Source: a virus
Length of the DNA: 64,000 nucleotides
Direction: 5' to 3' (one strand)
Virus record (IMG/VR): IMGVR_UViG_3300025812_000003
Shown here: in pieces, positions 52,955 through 61,050 of the stretch
Numbering within the stretch: the first letter of the stretch is position 1
How the letters are laid out: the number at the start of each line of letters is the position of its first letter
The notes under the pieces: model-generated
The model's database searches: none
Seen by the model: the letters and a program-made list of their open reading frames with translations, nothing else
What the model was told of the DNA's origin: nothing
Position numbers and translations under genes: made by a program

Positions 52955-53043
52955 GTCAGGGTGGGCGAGCGGCTAATGCCAGCAGACTGTAAATCTGCCG
53001 CCCCTTGCGGGCTCCGCAGGTTCGAATCCTGCCCCTGGCACCA
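52955..53043 (+). tRNA. tRNA-Tyr (GTA)
   Basis: Cloverleaf, CTGTAAA loop, long variable arm, TTCGAAT, encoded CCA. Confidence 0.95.
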
Positions 53044-53048
53044 GATTT

Positions 53049-53134
53049 GCGGTCGTGGCGGAATTGGCAGACGCACAAGGTCGAGGGCCTTGCGGTTAAC
53101 AGCCATGGGGGTCCGACTCCCCCCGACCGCACCA
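53049..53134 (+). tRNA. tRNA-Leu (GAG)
   Basis: caagg-TCGAGGG-ccttg; GGCAGAC D-loop; atypical T-loop TCCGACT; CCA. Confidence 0.85.
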
Positions 53135-53139
53135 GGATC

Positions 53140-53245
53140 GTTCGGCTAATTCTATGAAACGGAAGCTGGCAGACCCCCCAGTGACCGGCGAAAGCTGTGG
53201 CAGGCGAGATCACGCCAAGGCGCTTGAGTAGCTGGTCGTCGAACA
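53140..53245 (+). ncRNA. unidentified structured RNA within the tRNA cluster
   Basis: gttcggc/gtcgaac closing stem, cggc-GAAA-gctg tetraloop, Leu-like ggaa..ggcagac segment; no clear cloverleaf or CCA. Confidence 0.35.
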
Positions 53246-53253
53246 TAGGATTT

Positions 53254-53331
53254 GCGCAGGTGAAGGGAACCGGCAGACCTCCCTGGCTTAGAACCAGGGG
53301 CTTGGGGGTTCGACTCCCCCTCTGCGCACCA
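53254..53331 (+). tRNA. tRNA-Leu (TAG), short variable loop
   Basis: cctgg-CTTAGAA-ccagg; only ~5 nt of variable region; CCA. Confidence 0.85.
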
Positions 53332-53337
53332 AGGTTT

Positions 53338-53424
53338 GCGGCTGTGCTGAAATAGGCAGACAGGCCAGGCTCAGAACCTGGTGGTGGAAACACCGTGGAG
53401 GTTCAATTCCTCTCAGCCGCACCA
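53338..53424 (+). tRNA. tRNA-Leu (CAG)
   Basis: ccagg-CTCAGAA-cctgg; long variable arm; CCA. Confidence 0.93.
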
Positions 53425-53429
53425 AGTTT

Positions 53430-53516
53430 GCCCTCGTGTCGGAATCGGCAGACGAGCACGGCCCAAACCCGTGTGGCCGAAAGGCCATGGAGGTTCAAGT
53501 CCTCTCGGGGGCACCA
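53430..53516 (+). tRNA. tRNA-Leu (CAA)
   Basis: cacgg-CCCAAAC-ccgtg; long variable arm; CCA. Confidence 0.88.
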
Positions 53517-53522
53517 GGATTT

Positions 53523-53607
53523 GCCGGGCTGGCGGAAACGGCAAACGCGGGGCACCTAAAACGCCCTGGCGAAAGCCTTGAGGGTTCGAGTCCCTCGCCC
53601 GGCACCA
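53523..53607 (+). tRNA. tRNA-Leu (TAA)
   Basis: gggca-CCTAAAA-cgccc (31:39 mismatch); long variable arm; CCA. Confidence 0.85.
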
Positions 53608-53613
53608 ATTTTC

Positions 53614-53701
53614 GGAGGGGTGGTCGAGCGGTCTATGGCACTCGACTGCTAATCGAGTAGGGGTAACACCCTCGCGGGTTCGAATCCCGCCCCCTCCGCC
53701 A
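53614..53701 (+). tRNA. tRNA-Ser (GCT)
   Basis: ctcga-CTGCTAA-tcgag; G73; CCA. Confidence 0.95.
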
Positions 53702-53708
53702 AAGCTTA

Positions 53709-53794
53709 GGAGGGCACCGCCGAATGGTCGGCAACTGGCTTTGAACACCAGGGCCGGGTAGCACCGGGGCGTTCGATTCGTCTGCTCTCCGCCA
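53709..53794 (+). tRNA. tRNA-Ser (TGA), atypical 8/4 fold
   Basis: GGAGGGCA/TGCTCTCC 8-bp acceptor, ggcg/cgtc 4-bp T-stem, TTTGAAC loop; CCA. Confidence 0.85.
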
Positions 53795-53852
53795 TTGCTA
53801 AAGCGGATTTGCTCATTAAACCAGATTGGTTTAGAGAGCAATCCCAATTTAC

Positions 53853-53940
53853 GGAGAGGTGGCCGAGCGGCCTAAGGCGCACGCCTGGAAAGCGTGTAGC
53901 CCGCAAGGGCTCGTGGGTTCGAATCCCACCCTCTCCGCCA
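53853..53940 (+). tRNA. tRNA-Ser (GGA)
   Basis: cacgc-CTGGAAA-gcgtg; G73; CCA. Confidence 0.95.
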
Positions 53941-54097
53941 TTTTGCCGTGTTCACGGCTCCATGAACACGGCTCAGATCGTGAACACAAGATGGAAATAT
54001 CTTACGAGCAGTTCATTAACGAGATTTCGACCTCCATCGCAACGGGCCACAAAGTGACACTGGAATGCGGTGGCAAGACTTACGCCTACAAGTTCAC

Positions 54098-54183
54098 GGA
54101 GGACGCCGCCGAACGGCCGGCAACCGGCCTCGAAAGCCGGGGCAGGGCAAAACCTGGGGGTTCGATTCCCACGTCCTCCTCCA
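54098..54183 (+). tRNA. tRNA-Ser (CGA), atypical 8-bp acceptor, U73
   Basis: GGAGGACG/CGTCCTCC acceptor, ccggc-CTCGAAA-gccgg, TTCGATT; ends TCCA. Confidence 0.85.
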
Positions 54184-54234
54184 ACTCCCTTCCCTAGAAT
54201 CCCTGCTTTCCATACCTAAACAGAGGGCGAAAAC

Positions 54235-54417
54235 GTGAAGAGGGCCATCCGGCTGTCCGTGGAATGGCAGATGCTCAGCAAGACGGTGGAGTTCGGCATC
54301 ATATTCCTGGTGCTGGGGCGGCTGTCCCTCAGCCTCCTCATCACGGGGATCACCACGGCGGTGCAGGTCGCCCTGCTCGCCCTCTGGATCAGGTTCCGCC
54401 TCAAGGAACGGGGGTAA
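54235..54417 (+). CDS. small membrane protein
   Basis: GAGGG RBS with GTG start; hydrophobic. Confidence 0.55.
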   Translation: MKRAIRLSVEWQMLSKTVEFGIIFLVLGRLSLSLLITGITTAVQVALLALWIRFRLKERG

Positions 54418-54419
54418 AC

Positions 54420-54887
54420 ATGGCCAAGGAAGTACTGGCCCCGAACAAGTACGGCCCCGAGGGCTACAAGGTGTTCCTGGGCGGTGCCATAGACCAGGGG
54501 ACCGCCGAGGACTGGCAGTCTCGGGTGGTCGATGCGCTGGCGGACGTGGACGTCGTCGTCCTCAACCCCCGCCGCGAGGACTGGGATTCTTCATAGGAGC
54601 AGTCCGCCGACAACCCCGAGTTCAGGCGGCAGGTGGAATGGGAGCTCAAGGCCCAGGAGGATGCCGATCTGTGCGTCTACGTGCTTCTCAAGGACAGCAA
54701 GGGCCCCGTCACCATGCTGGAAATCGGCCTGTTCGCCCCGAAGAAGGACGCCGTCCTGTGCATCGAGGACGGGTTCCACAGGCAGGGCAACCTCCAAATC
54801 GTGGCCAGACGCTACGAGATTCCGTTCTACCACGGCCTCGACGAGATGCTGGCGGACCTCAAGGAAGTCTTGAAGGGACGTGCCTGA
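54420..54887 (+). pseudogene. nucleoside 2-deoxyribosyltransferase-like protein with an in-frame TAG at 54594-54596
   Basis: VFLGGAID..DWQ..LNPRREDWDSS*EQ...F..QVEWEL..SKGPVTMLEIGL; the family normally has W at the stop position. Confidence 0.75.
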
Positions 54888-55324
54888 TGGACGGCAGGCT
54901 GGGCTGGCAGGAACTCGGATCGACCTACCTATACCACGGCACCACGCAGGACCGCCTGTCCGGAATCCTGAGGGAGGGCATCAGGGGGCCTAGCTGGTGG
55001 GGCACGGAGCGCGTCGCCGAATACTACTCCGAGGACAGGGAGGCATCCAGGAACGACGACGAGCTGGTGGACCTGGACTACATCGAGGAACCCCCAGCGG
55101 AGCCGCTCGTCGTCCGCGTCCCGCTGTCGAGGTTCGACAAGGGGTCGCTTGCGGCGGACGAGAACTCCATCGCCGAGCCGCTCACCAACGTCCTCGGGCG
55201 GGACGAGGAACGTCTGTATCACCAGTGGATGCTATCCAGGCGCACTTGGCAGGACTGCCTGAGGATATACGAGTCGGTGTGGTACAACGCACCCATGGAA
55301 GTCACCGAGGCCGACATCCTATGA
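54887..55324 (+). CDS. ADP-ribosyltransferase-fold-like protein
   Basis: YLYHGTT....ILREGI N-terminal motif. Confidence 0.5.
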   Translation: MDGRLGWQELGSTYLYHGTTQDRLSGILREGIRGPSWWGTERVAEYYSEDREASRNDDELVDLDYIEEPPAEPLVVRVPLSRFDKGSLAADENSIAEPLTNVLGRDEERLYHQWMLSRRTWQDCLRIYESVWYNAPMEVTEADIL

Positions 55325-55355
55325 CGCGGAAGGAAATCCCGGGGAAGGAGGCCCG

Positions 55356-55907
55356 ATGCTGAAGCTCGCGGCGGAGTTCCTCGTCAGGGCGAGGCTCCCC
55401 AGGCGTCCGGGGATGGTCGGGCCGGTCTACCACGGCACCTCGCAGGAATTCGAGGACTTCAGCCTGCCCGAGGACGTCGCCGATGAGGACTTCGAGGGGA
55501 TCGGCGTCCACTTCGGCACCGTGGGGCAGGCGGAGACCGCCGCCAGGCGGTCCCCGGGCATCATCCGCGACGAGGGTTCGCCGGGGGAGGGGGCCAACAT
55601 ACGCCCGGCATACCTGAAGATTGGGAAGCCCCTGCGCATGCCGGACATGAACGAATGGGACCCCGAGGAGGTCGCCTACTGGCTCCTGGGGCACGGGGTC
55701 GTCGACCGGGGGCAGCTCTCCCGCATGCTGGCCATAAGCCGGGCCCCGGGGGGCATCGACTACACGGCGGGATACAGGCTCATCCGGGAATGGCTGGACG
55801 CCAAGGGATACGATGCCATCGTGTACAGGAACAAGAAGGAGGGCAAGGGCGACAGCTACGTCGTGTGGCACCTGGGGCAGATAGTGCCCGCCCTGAGGGA
55901 GGAATAG
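55356..55907 (+). CDS. ADP-ribosyltransferase-like (ART-PolyVal-type) protein
   Basis: VYHGTS..F..F, GVHFGT, IRPAYL.I.KPL, GYDAIVYRN..EG..SYVV....QI. Confidence 0.7.
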   Translation: MLKLAAEFLVRARLPRRPGMVGPVYHGTSQEFEDFSLPEDVADEDFEGIGVHFGTVGQAETAARRSPGIIRDEGSPGEGANIRPAYLKIGKPLRMPDMNEWDPEEVAYWLLGHGVVDRGQLSRMLAISRAPGGIDYTAGYRLIREWLDAKGYDAIVYRNKKEGKGDSYVVWHLGQIVPALREE

Positions 55908-55908
55908 C

Positions 55909-56238
55909 ATGAACATCACCAAAGCGGCGTTCTTACCCGTCATACTCCTGCTCGCCGTGGGCACCATGGCCCAGCAGCAGGCCGAGCAAACGTTCCCGCA
56001 GGACAAGGTCAAGGCGGTGGCCGCCTCCACCGCCACTTCCACCGCCTCGTCCGCAGAGACGAAGCCAACGGTACCCGCAAAGACGCATGAGAAGGCATCC
56101 GTGGCGTTCCAACGGCACGTCGACAACGCCAAGCTGCACCTCCAGCACGCCAAGCAGCACCTCAAGGACGCCAAGCAGCGCCTCAAGGACGCCAATGCGC
56201 CCGCCAAGAAGCCCGCTCCCACGGAGGAGGACAAATGA
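55909..56238 (+). CDS. putative secreted protein
   Basis: GGAGG RBS; signal-like N-terminus; short HAKQHLKD repeats. Confidence 0.65.
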   Translation: MNITKAAFLPVILLLAVGTMAQQQAEQTFPQDKVKAVAASTATSTASSAETKPTVPAKTHEKASVAFQRHVDNAKLHLQHAKQHLKDAKQRLKDANAPAKKPAPTEEDK

Positions 56239-56723
56239 GCCAGCTACCGTTCCGAGAAAGGGCGAAGGGATGGCTGGACCTGCTCCAGGTCGCCCTGACC
56301 ATCGCCGCCATCCTGACGGCGGGATGGTGGTTCCACAGGCAGGGGCAGAACCGCCCCCACCTCAAGGTGGAGCACCGCGTCACCAGCCGCAGGCTGTCCC
56401 CCGACCGGCAGCTCCTCGTCGTGGACGTGAGGATGTCCAACGTGGGGAGCATCCCCCTCAGCCTTGGCGAGGTCAAAATCAAGGTGTACGAAATCCTCCC
56501 CGAGGGAAGGGTGCTCGCCTACAGCGAGCAGAGGGGGAAGACCCTGGAGCCGGGCGAGGAGACTCACGTGTACGAGGAGTTCGACCAAATAGAAGGGGAC
56601 GTGTCCGTCGTGAGGGTCTACTCGTTCTTTGAGAACTCGGTCACCAGAGGACGGGGATGGGACCTGGCCACCATCTACGACATGGGGGAGTCAGGAACGG
56701 AAACCGTTGGGAAGGAGCATTGA
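56235..56723 (+). CDS. membrane-anchored hypothetical protein
   Basis: GGAGG RBS; N-terminal TM helix. Confidence 0.7.
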   Translation: MSQLPFRERAKGWLDLLQVALTIAAILTAGWWFHRQGQNRPHLKVEHRVTSRRLSPDRQLLVVDVRMSNVGSIPLSLGEVKIKVYEILPEGRVLAYSEQRGKTLEPGEETHVYEEFDQIEGDVSVVRVYSFFENSVTRGRGWDLATIYDMGESGTETVGKEH

Positions 56724-57101
56724 ATGGCGGAGGACTGGGGCATCGACGTGGGGGTACCGGACATCGGCGACAAGGTGGAGTACAAAGACAGGACCTTCAA
56801 TGTCACCGGCTGGCTCCGGGAGCGCAAGAAGGTAAAGCCTCGTTGGGACTACGAGGTCGGCGACGTCAGGGACCCGGACTTCTTTGACGAGGTCATCTTC
56901 GAGGCTCAGCGGCCAATCCATGGCAAGAAGCTGGAGTGGTGCTACCGGGACGAGGCGGAGTTTCTCTCAGCCACCCCCTACGGCTGCATCCCCGTCATAG
57001 AGGCAAGGATTGTGGGGAGGGCCCCCTGGGCGGAGAGCATCCTGCAGGAGTTCAGGAATTCGGCAAAACGCTTTGCCGACACCCATCAAATCGTGTTCTA
57101 A
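56724..57101 (+). CDS. hypothetical protein
   Basis: AAGGAG RBS. Confidence 0.7.
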   Translation: MAEDWGIDVGVPDIGDKVEYKDRTFNVTGWLRERKKVKPRWDYEVGDVRDPDFFDEVIFEAQRPIHGKKLEWCYRDEAEFLSATPYGCIPVIEARIVGRAPWAESILQEFRNSAKRFADTHQIVF

Positions 57102-57230
57102 GATCAAGTCCCACGACTATCAGTATTATGGTTGGGGGCGAAAAGCAATCCCCCAGTCAGCCGCCAGGCTGGCCATCCAGCCGACTTTAAGCATACAAGC
57201 CCTCAGTCGGCGGGCTTAGAGGTGACTTAA

Positions 57231-58139
57231 ATGCATTCCCATTCGTTCGTAACAGCGATCAAGGTGGACGGGAACGTGCTCCGCGAGGACCGGGGGGTGG
57301 TGTCGGTGCCGTTCGGGTCCGAGTACAGCATATTCCTGAAGAACCTGGGGACCGTGAGGGCCCTGGCCAAGGTGTCCATCGACGGCGAGGACGCCACCGA
57401 CGACACTTGGCTGATCGTCAACCCCAACCAGTCGCTGGACTTGGAGAGGTTCATCCGCAACGGGAACATGGACCGGGGCAACCGGTTCAAGTTCATCAAG
57501 AGGAGTGCCAAGGTCGAGGAGCACCGAGGCATAAAGGCCGAGGATGGCCTCGTCAGGGTGGAGTACAAGTTCGAGAAGGTGTACGAGCCCCCGAAGGTCG
57601 TCGAGCACCACTACCACCATCACCACGACTGGGATTACTACTATCCCTATTATCCTTATCCCTACCCGTACCCCTATTTGCCCCATTACCCATATACGAC
57701 CTACTACACCACCAGCGGAGGACAGGGAGAGGCGTGGGACAACAGCGTCCAAGGAAATGCCTGTAACAGCGACAACGTGAGCGATGCCTCCGCCAACCAT
57801 GCCTTCACCCACACCAGCGGTTCCCTCCATTCCAAGGGGGCCGTCGCGGCAAACTTCTGCTCCACCAGCCATGCTGAGGGACTCCTCAGGCAGGCGGAGG
57901 ACCCCGGCATCACCGTGCCGGGCAGCCTCAGCGAGCAGAAGTTCGTGGACGGGGAATGGTTCGACACCGAGGCGAAGTCCCATGTCATCGTCCTCAGGCT
58001 GGTCGGGGCGGTAAGGGGCAAGGAAGTCAGGCGGCCCATCACCGTCAAGACCAAGACGAAGTGCCCCACGTGCGGCACCACGAACAAGAGCGGGGTCAAG
58101 TTCTGCAAGGAATGCGGGACCGGCCTCGAACTTATCTAG
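57231..58139 (+). CDS. conserved phage hypothetical protein with a His/Tyr/Pro tract and C-terminal zinc ribbon
   Basis: IKVDGNVLRE..PFGSEYSIFLKNL..LERF..GITVPGS..CPTCG..FCKECG. Confidence 0.8.
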   Translation: MHSHSFVTAIKVDGNVLREDRGVVSVPFGSEYSIFLKNLGTVRALAKVSIDGEDATDDTWLIVNPNQSLDLERFIRNGNMDRGNRFKFIKRSAKVEEHRGIKAEDGLVRVEYKFEKVYEPPKVVEHHYHHHHDWDYYYPYYPYPYPYPYLPHYPYTTYYTTSGGQGEAWDNSVQGNACNSDNVSDASANHAFTHTSGSLHSKGAVAANFCSTSHAEGLLRQAEDPGITVPGSLSEQKFVDGEWFDTEAKSHVIVLRLVGAVRGKEVRRPITVKTKTKCPTCGTTNKSGVKFCKECGTGLELI

Positions 58140-58150
58140 TAGTACAGCCG

Positions 58151-58178
58151 CCCCGGCCCCCGGAGACGGGGGCCGGGG
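58151..58178 (+). terminator. GC-rich 12-bp hairpin with a GAGA loop after the 302-aa gene
   Basis: ccccggcccccg-gaga-cgggggccgggg; weak U-tract. Confidence 0.5.
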
Positions 58179-58199
58179 GCTTGTCCGAGGAGGAACGAC

Positions 58200-58397
58200 A
58201 TGAAGGACTTTCCGATGTGCGGCCATCCGGAATGGCCGGTATTCCCTCCCCCAGCGCCGGTGCGCACGGTGGGTACCTGCCCCGAGCACGACTACGTCTG
58301 CCCCCTGTGCGGGTTCGGACGAGGCCAAGCGCCCCCGTGCGGGTGCGGGACGTCCGTCCTCGGGACCGACCCGCTCGTGATCGCCCAGTCCAATTAA
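58200..58397 (+). CDS. small Cys-rich protein
   Basis: GGAGG RBS; CPEH..CPLC. Confidence 0.55.
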   Translation: MKDFPMCGHPEWPVFPPPAPVRTVGTCPEHDYVCPLCGFGRGQAPPCGCGTSVLGTDPLVIAQSN

Positions 58398-58685
58398 GGA
58401 GAATGCCATGGTTACCCCGTTCATCCAGCCAGTCATCACGGTCATCCCATCGAGGAGGCCCGTCCCGATGTTCCCCCGGCGATGCCCCCGGCCCCGCCCC
58501 GTCCCGGTCCCCTTTCGCGACCCATAGGTCGAGTCCCAGTGCATCCTCAACAAGCCCCTGCTGATGGTCATACCCCCAGGGGGGATCGTCCTGCCGTGCC
58601 CCGTTCATCCCGGGAGACATTTCGTCCACGGATCGCCCGTCATGTGGTAAGGCGCGGAATCCCCGCCCATGCGGTATTGTAGGGC

Positions 58686-59144
58686 ATGGAAGAATGGGAC
58701 TTGGCCCCGGATGGTCGCAAGCGATACTGCGTGGGCTACGTGCTTAGCCCCGACCTCTCCGACGTCGTGCTCATCCGCAAGAATCGGCCGGAATGGCAGA
58801 AAGGCCTCCTCAACGGCGTGGGCGGAAGGCTGCAAGACGGGGAGGATTCCCTCCATGGCATGGCAAGGGAATGCCGCGAGGAGGCAGGACTGGACATCGC
58901 GATATGGCGTCGCCTCGCCCGGCTGGAGTTCCCGTTGGCAGTCGTATGGTTCTTCTGGACGATAGACCCCCATTATCGCCTTGCCAGGACCATGACGGAC
59001 GAAAAGATAGAGATCGTGGACGTAGCCAGAGTCATGTCGATGACGGATGGCACCGTCCCCAATTCCGCCTGGCTCATCCAGATGGCCATATCCCACGTCC
59101 GAGGAGAGCGGGCGGAATGGTTTATCGTGCGGGAGGTATACTGA
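58686..59144 (+). CDS. NUDIX hydrolase
   Basis: Nudix box GVGGRLQDGEDSLHGMARECREEAGL. Confidence 0.88.
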   Translation: MEEWDLAPDGRKRYCVGYVLSPDLSDVVLIRKNRPEWQKGLLNGVGGRLQDGEDSLHGMARECREEAGLDIAIWRRLARLEFPLAVVWFFWTIDPHYRLARTMTDEKIEIVDVARVMSMTDGTVPNSAWLIQMAISHVRGERAEWFIVREVY

Positions 59145-59905
59145 TGGACAAGAAAGGCTTTTCCTACGCCCAGGCCAAGTTCCTGCCCAGGAATTACGAG
59201 TTCGCCCCGGTGACCCTGTCAAACCGCAGGGTCGTCTCGGACAGGGAGGCCCAGGAGCTGGCCGGAATGCCCCAGCTTAAAAACACCCTGCAACTCCTGC
59301 AACGCTACGACTACATCATTCGCGGCATGGTCCTGGAGCTCACGGGATGGATCCTGAGGGACAAGTACGAGCACGAGCTCGTGACGAAGACCGTTGAACT
59401 CCCGTTGACTTGGTGGGACATGTTCAGGGATAAATATTTCCCCCTATGGTGGTTGAAGTGGCGACCGTCCAGGACGGCGACGAAGACCTTCACCTTCGAG
59501 CAGCAAATAAGGGTGTGCCCGCACGCCAATGTCGCCTGGCCGGACAAGAGGCACCTGGATTTCCTGACGTTTGAAAACGAGAACCCCTTCGTCACTATCA
59601 ACCAAACCACCCCGGAATGCTTGGTGCACCACGTTCCCATGGTTTTGTGTTTCTACAGCCGGGGTCCCGGGGACCCCCCGGGAAACGGATGGACATGCCG
59701 GGAATGCACCAAGGAGCGGGAAGGGGAGGCGACGGGGAAGAACGGGACGGACACCAATGGCGATGGCGACTGCATGTATTGTGGTCCCAGTCTTCGGCAT
59801 CCGCCGAAAGAATCCAAAGAACAAGAGAAACTATGCCCGACGTGCGGGGTGAAGGAATCCGAGCCCCATGCTGACCCAAGGTGCTACGTGAGAGAAAGAA
59901 GATGA
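59144..59905 (+). CDS. hypothetical protein with C-terminal Cys modules
   Basis: GGGAGG RBS, TGATG coupling. Confidence 0.7.
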   Translation: MDKKGFSYAQAKFLPRNYEFAPVTLSNRRVVSDREAQELAGMPQLKNTLQLLQRYDYIIRGMVLELTGWILRDKYEHELVTKTVELPLTWWDMFRDKYFPLWWLKWRPSRTATKTFTFEQQIRVCPHANVAWPDKRHLDFLTFENENPFVTINQTTPECLVHHVPMVLCFYSRGPGDPPGNGWTCRECTKEREGEATGKNGTDTNGDGDCMYCGPSLRHPPKESKEQEKLCPTCGVKESEPHADPRCYVRERR

Positions 59906-60312
59906 ACGAGACAATCATCGGCTGGAAGGCCTTCCGGGGCCCGGACGAGGAAGGCCGATGGGACTGTAGGAACTTGGGCTTTCTTTACCACGGGCTCGGC
60001 GGGAGCAGGCATGTGCCCGTGGGTACGTGGATGGTCGCCAAGGCCGGGATTGTGAGGGACGGCGTGGGGCAGCGATACAGGTCGGGCTTCCACTTCGTTA
60101 GGAGCCTCGACGACGCCAGGGCCTTCGACCGACTGACGAAGGGAAAGTACGTTTTCTTCCGAGTGCAAGCCTACGGGATCAGGCCCAAGCCGGGCAGCCG
60201 TACCGGCATATGGCTGGCCAAGAAGATGCGGGTAATCCCGCATTCCTGGACGGACCTGAGAACGGGCGAAACAATGGCAGTAGTGGCCAATCTGAGCAGG
60301 AGCAGCCTATGA
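59902..60312 (+). CDS. hypothetical protein
   Basis: ATGA overlap; GWKAFR..YRSGFH. Confidence 0.65.
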   Translation: MNETIIGWKAFRGPDEEGRWDCRNLGFLYHGLGGSRHVPVGTWMVAKAGIVRDGVGQRYRSGFHFVRSLDDARAFDRLTKGKYVFFRVQAYGIRPKPGSRTGIWLAKKMRVIPHSWTDLRTGETMAVVANLSRSSL

Positions 60313-61019
60313 TTGATCTAAAATGGGATTTGCATTTTCTGGACATGGCGAAGCTCGTGTCCTCGTGGTCCAAGGACCCCTCCACCCGGACCGGGGCCGT
60401 CATAACGAGGCCCGACAGGACGGTGGTGTCGGTGGGGTTCAACGGCTTTCCCATGTCCATGCCCGACGATCCCGCCTTCCTCGGGGACAGGGAGGAGAAA
60501 TACAGCAGGGTCATCCATTGCGAAATCAACGCCCTGCTCTTCAGCCGGGAGCCGCTGAGCGGATACAGCCTCTACACCTACCCCTTCCTGTCGTGCGAGA
60601 GGTGCGCCGTGACGATGATACAGGCGGGCATAAAGCGCCTCGTCGCCCCCGTGGCGGCACCCGACAAGCTGGAACGGTGGGGGAAGTCGTTCGAGAAGAC
60701 GAGGCATTACTGCGGGGAATGCCACGTAGAAGTGGTGGAGATAGAGTACGAAACGAAGCCGAACGACGCCCCAAAGCCGGGGGACGAGAAGGCCACGAAG
60801 GCGACGATCATAGAGATAGACGACAAGCTCATGGAAAGGCTGGCCTCCGGCAAGAAGGCCGAATTCAAGACGTCTGAGCCCGTCACCAGGGTCATCGTCT
60901 CCCTGAAGGAAGGGACGGACCTTCCTGCCACGGCAAGGACGAAGAGCCTGTTCTTCAACACCTTCGGCCCAGGGGGCTTGTTCGACCAGGTGTTCGGTCG
61001 GCGCGGGCGCTACCTGTAA
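60309..61019 (+). CDS. dCMP deaminase
   Basis: WSKDPSTRTGAVI, GFNGFP, IHCEINAL, SCERC. Confidence 0.9.
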   Translation: MIDLKWDLHFLDMAKLVSSWSKDPSTRTGAVITRPDRTVVSVGFNGFPMSMPDDPAFLGDREEKYSRVIHCEINALLFSREPLSGYSLYTYPFLSCERCAVTMIQAGIKRLVAPVAAPDKLERWGKSFEKTRHYCGECHVEVVEIEYETKPNDAPKPGDEKATKATIIEIDDKLMERLASGKKAEFKTSEPVTRVIVSLKEGTDLPATARTKSLFFNTFGPGGLFDQVFGRRGRYL

Positions 61020-61050
61020 TTCGTCTTTTCGCCTCCTTAATGAGGGAAAG

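Noticed and set aside
53709-53794. tRNA-Sec (because of the long acceptor stem)
   Set aside because: Anticodon is UGA (reads UCA, Ser), not UCA, and the D-stem is only 4 bp.
52888-54057. ORFs spanning the tRNA cluster
   Set aside because: Fully explained by the tRNA genes.
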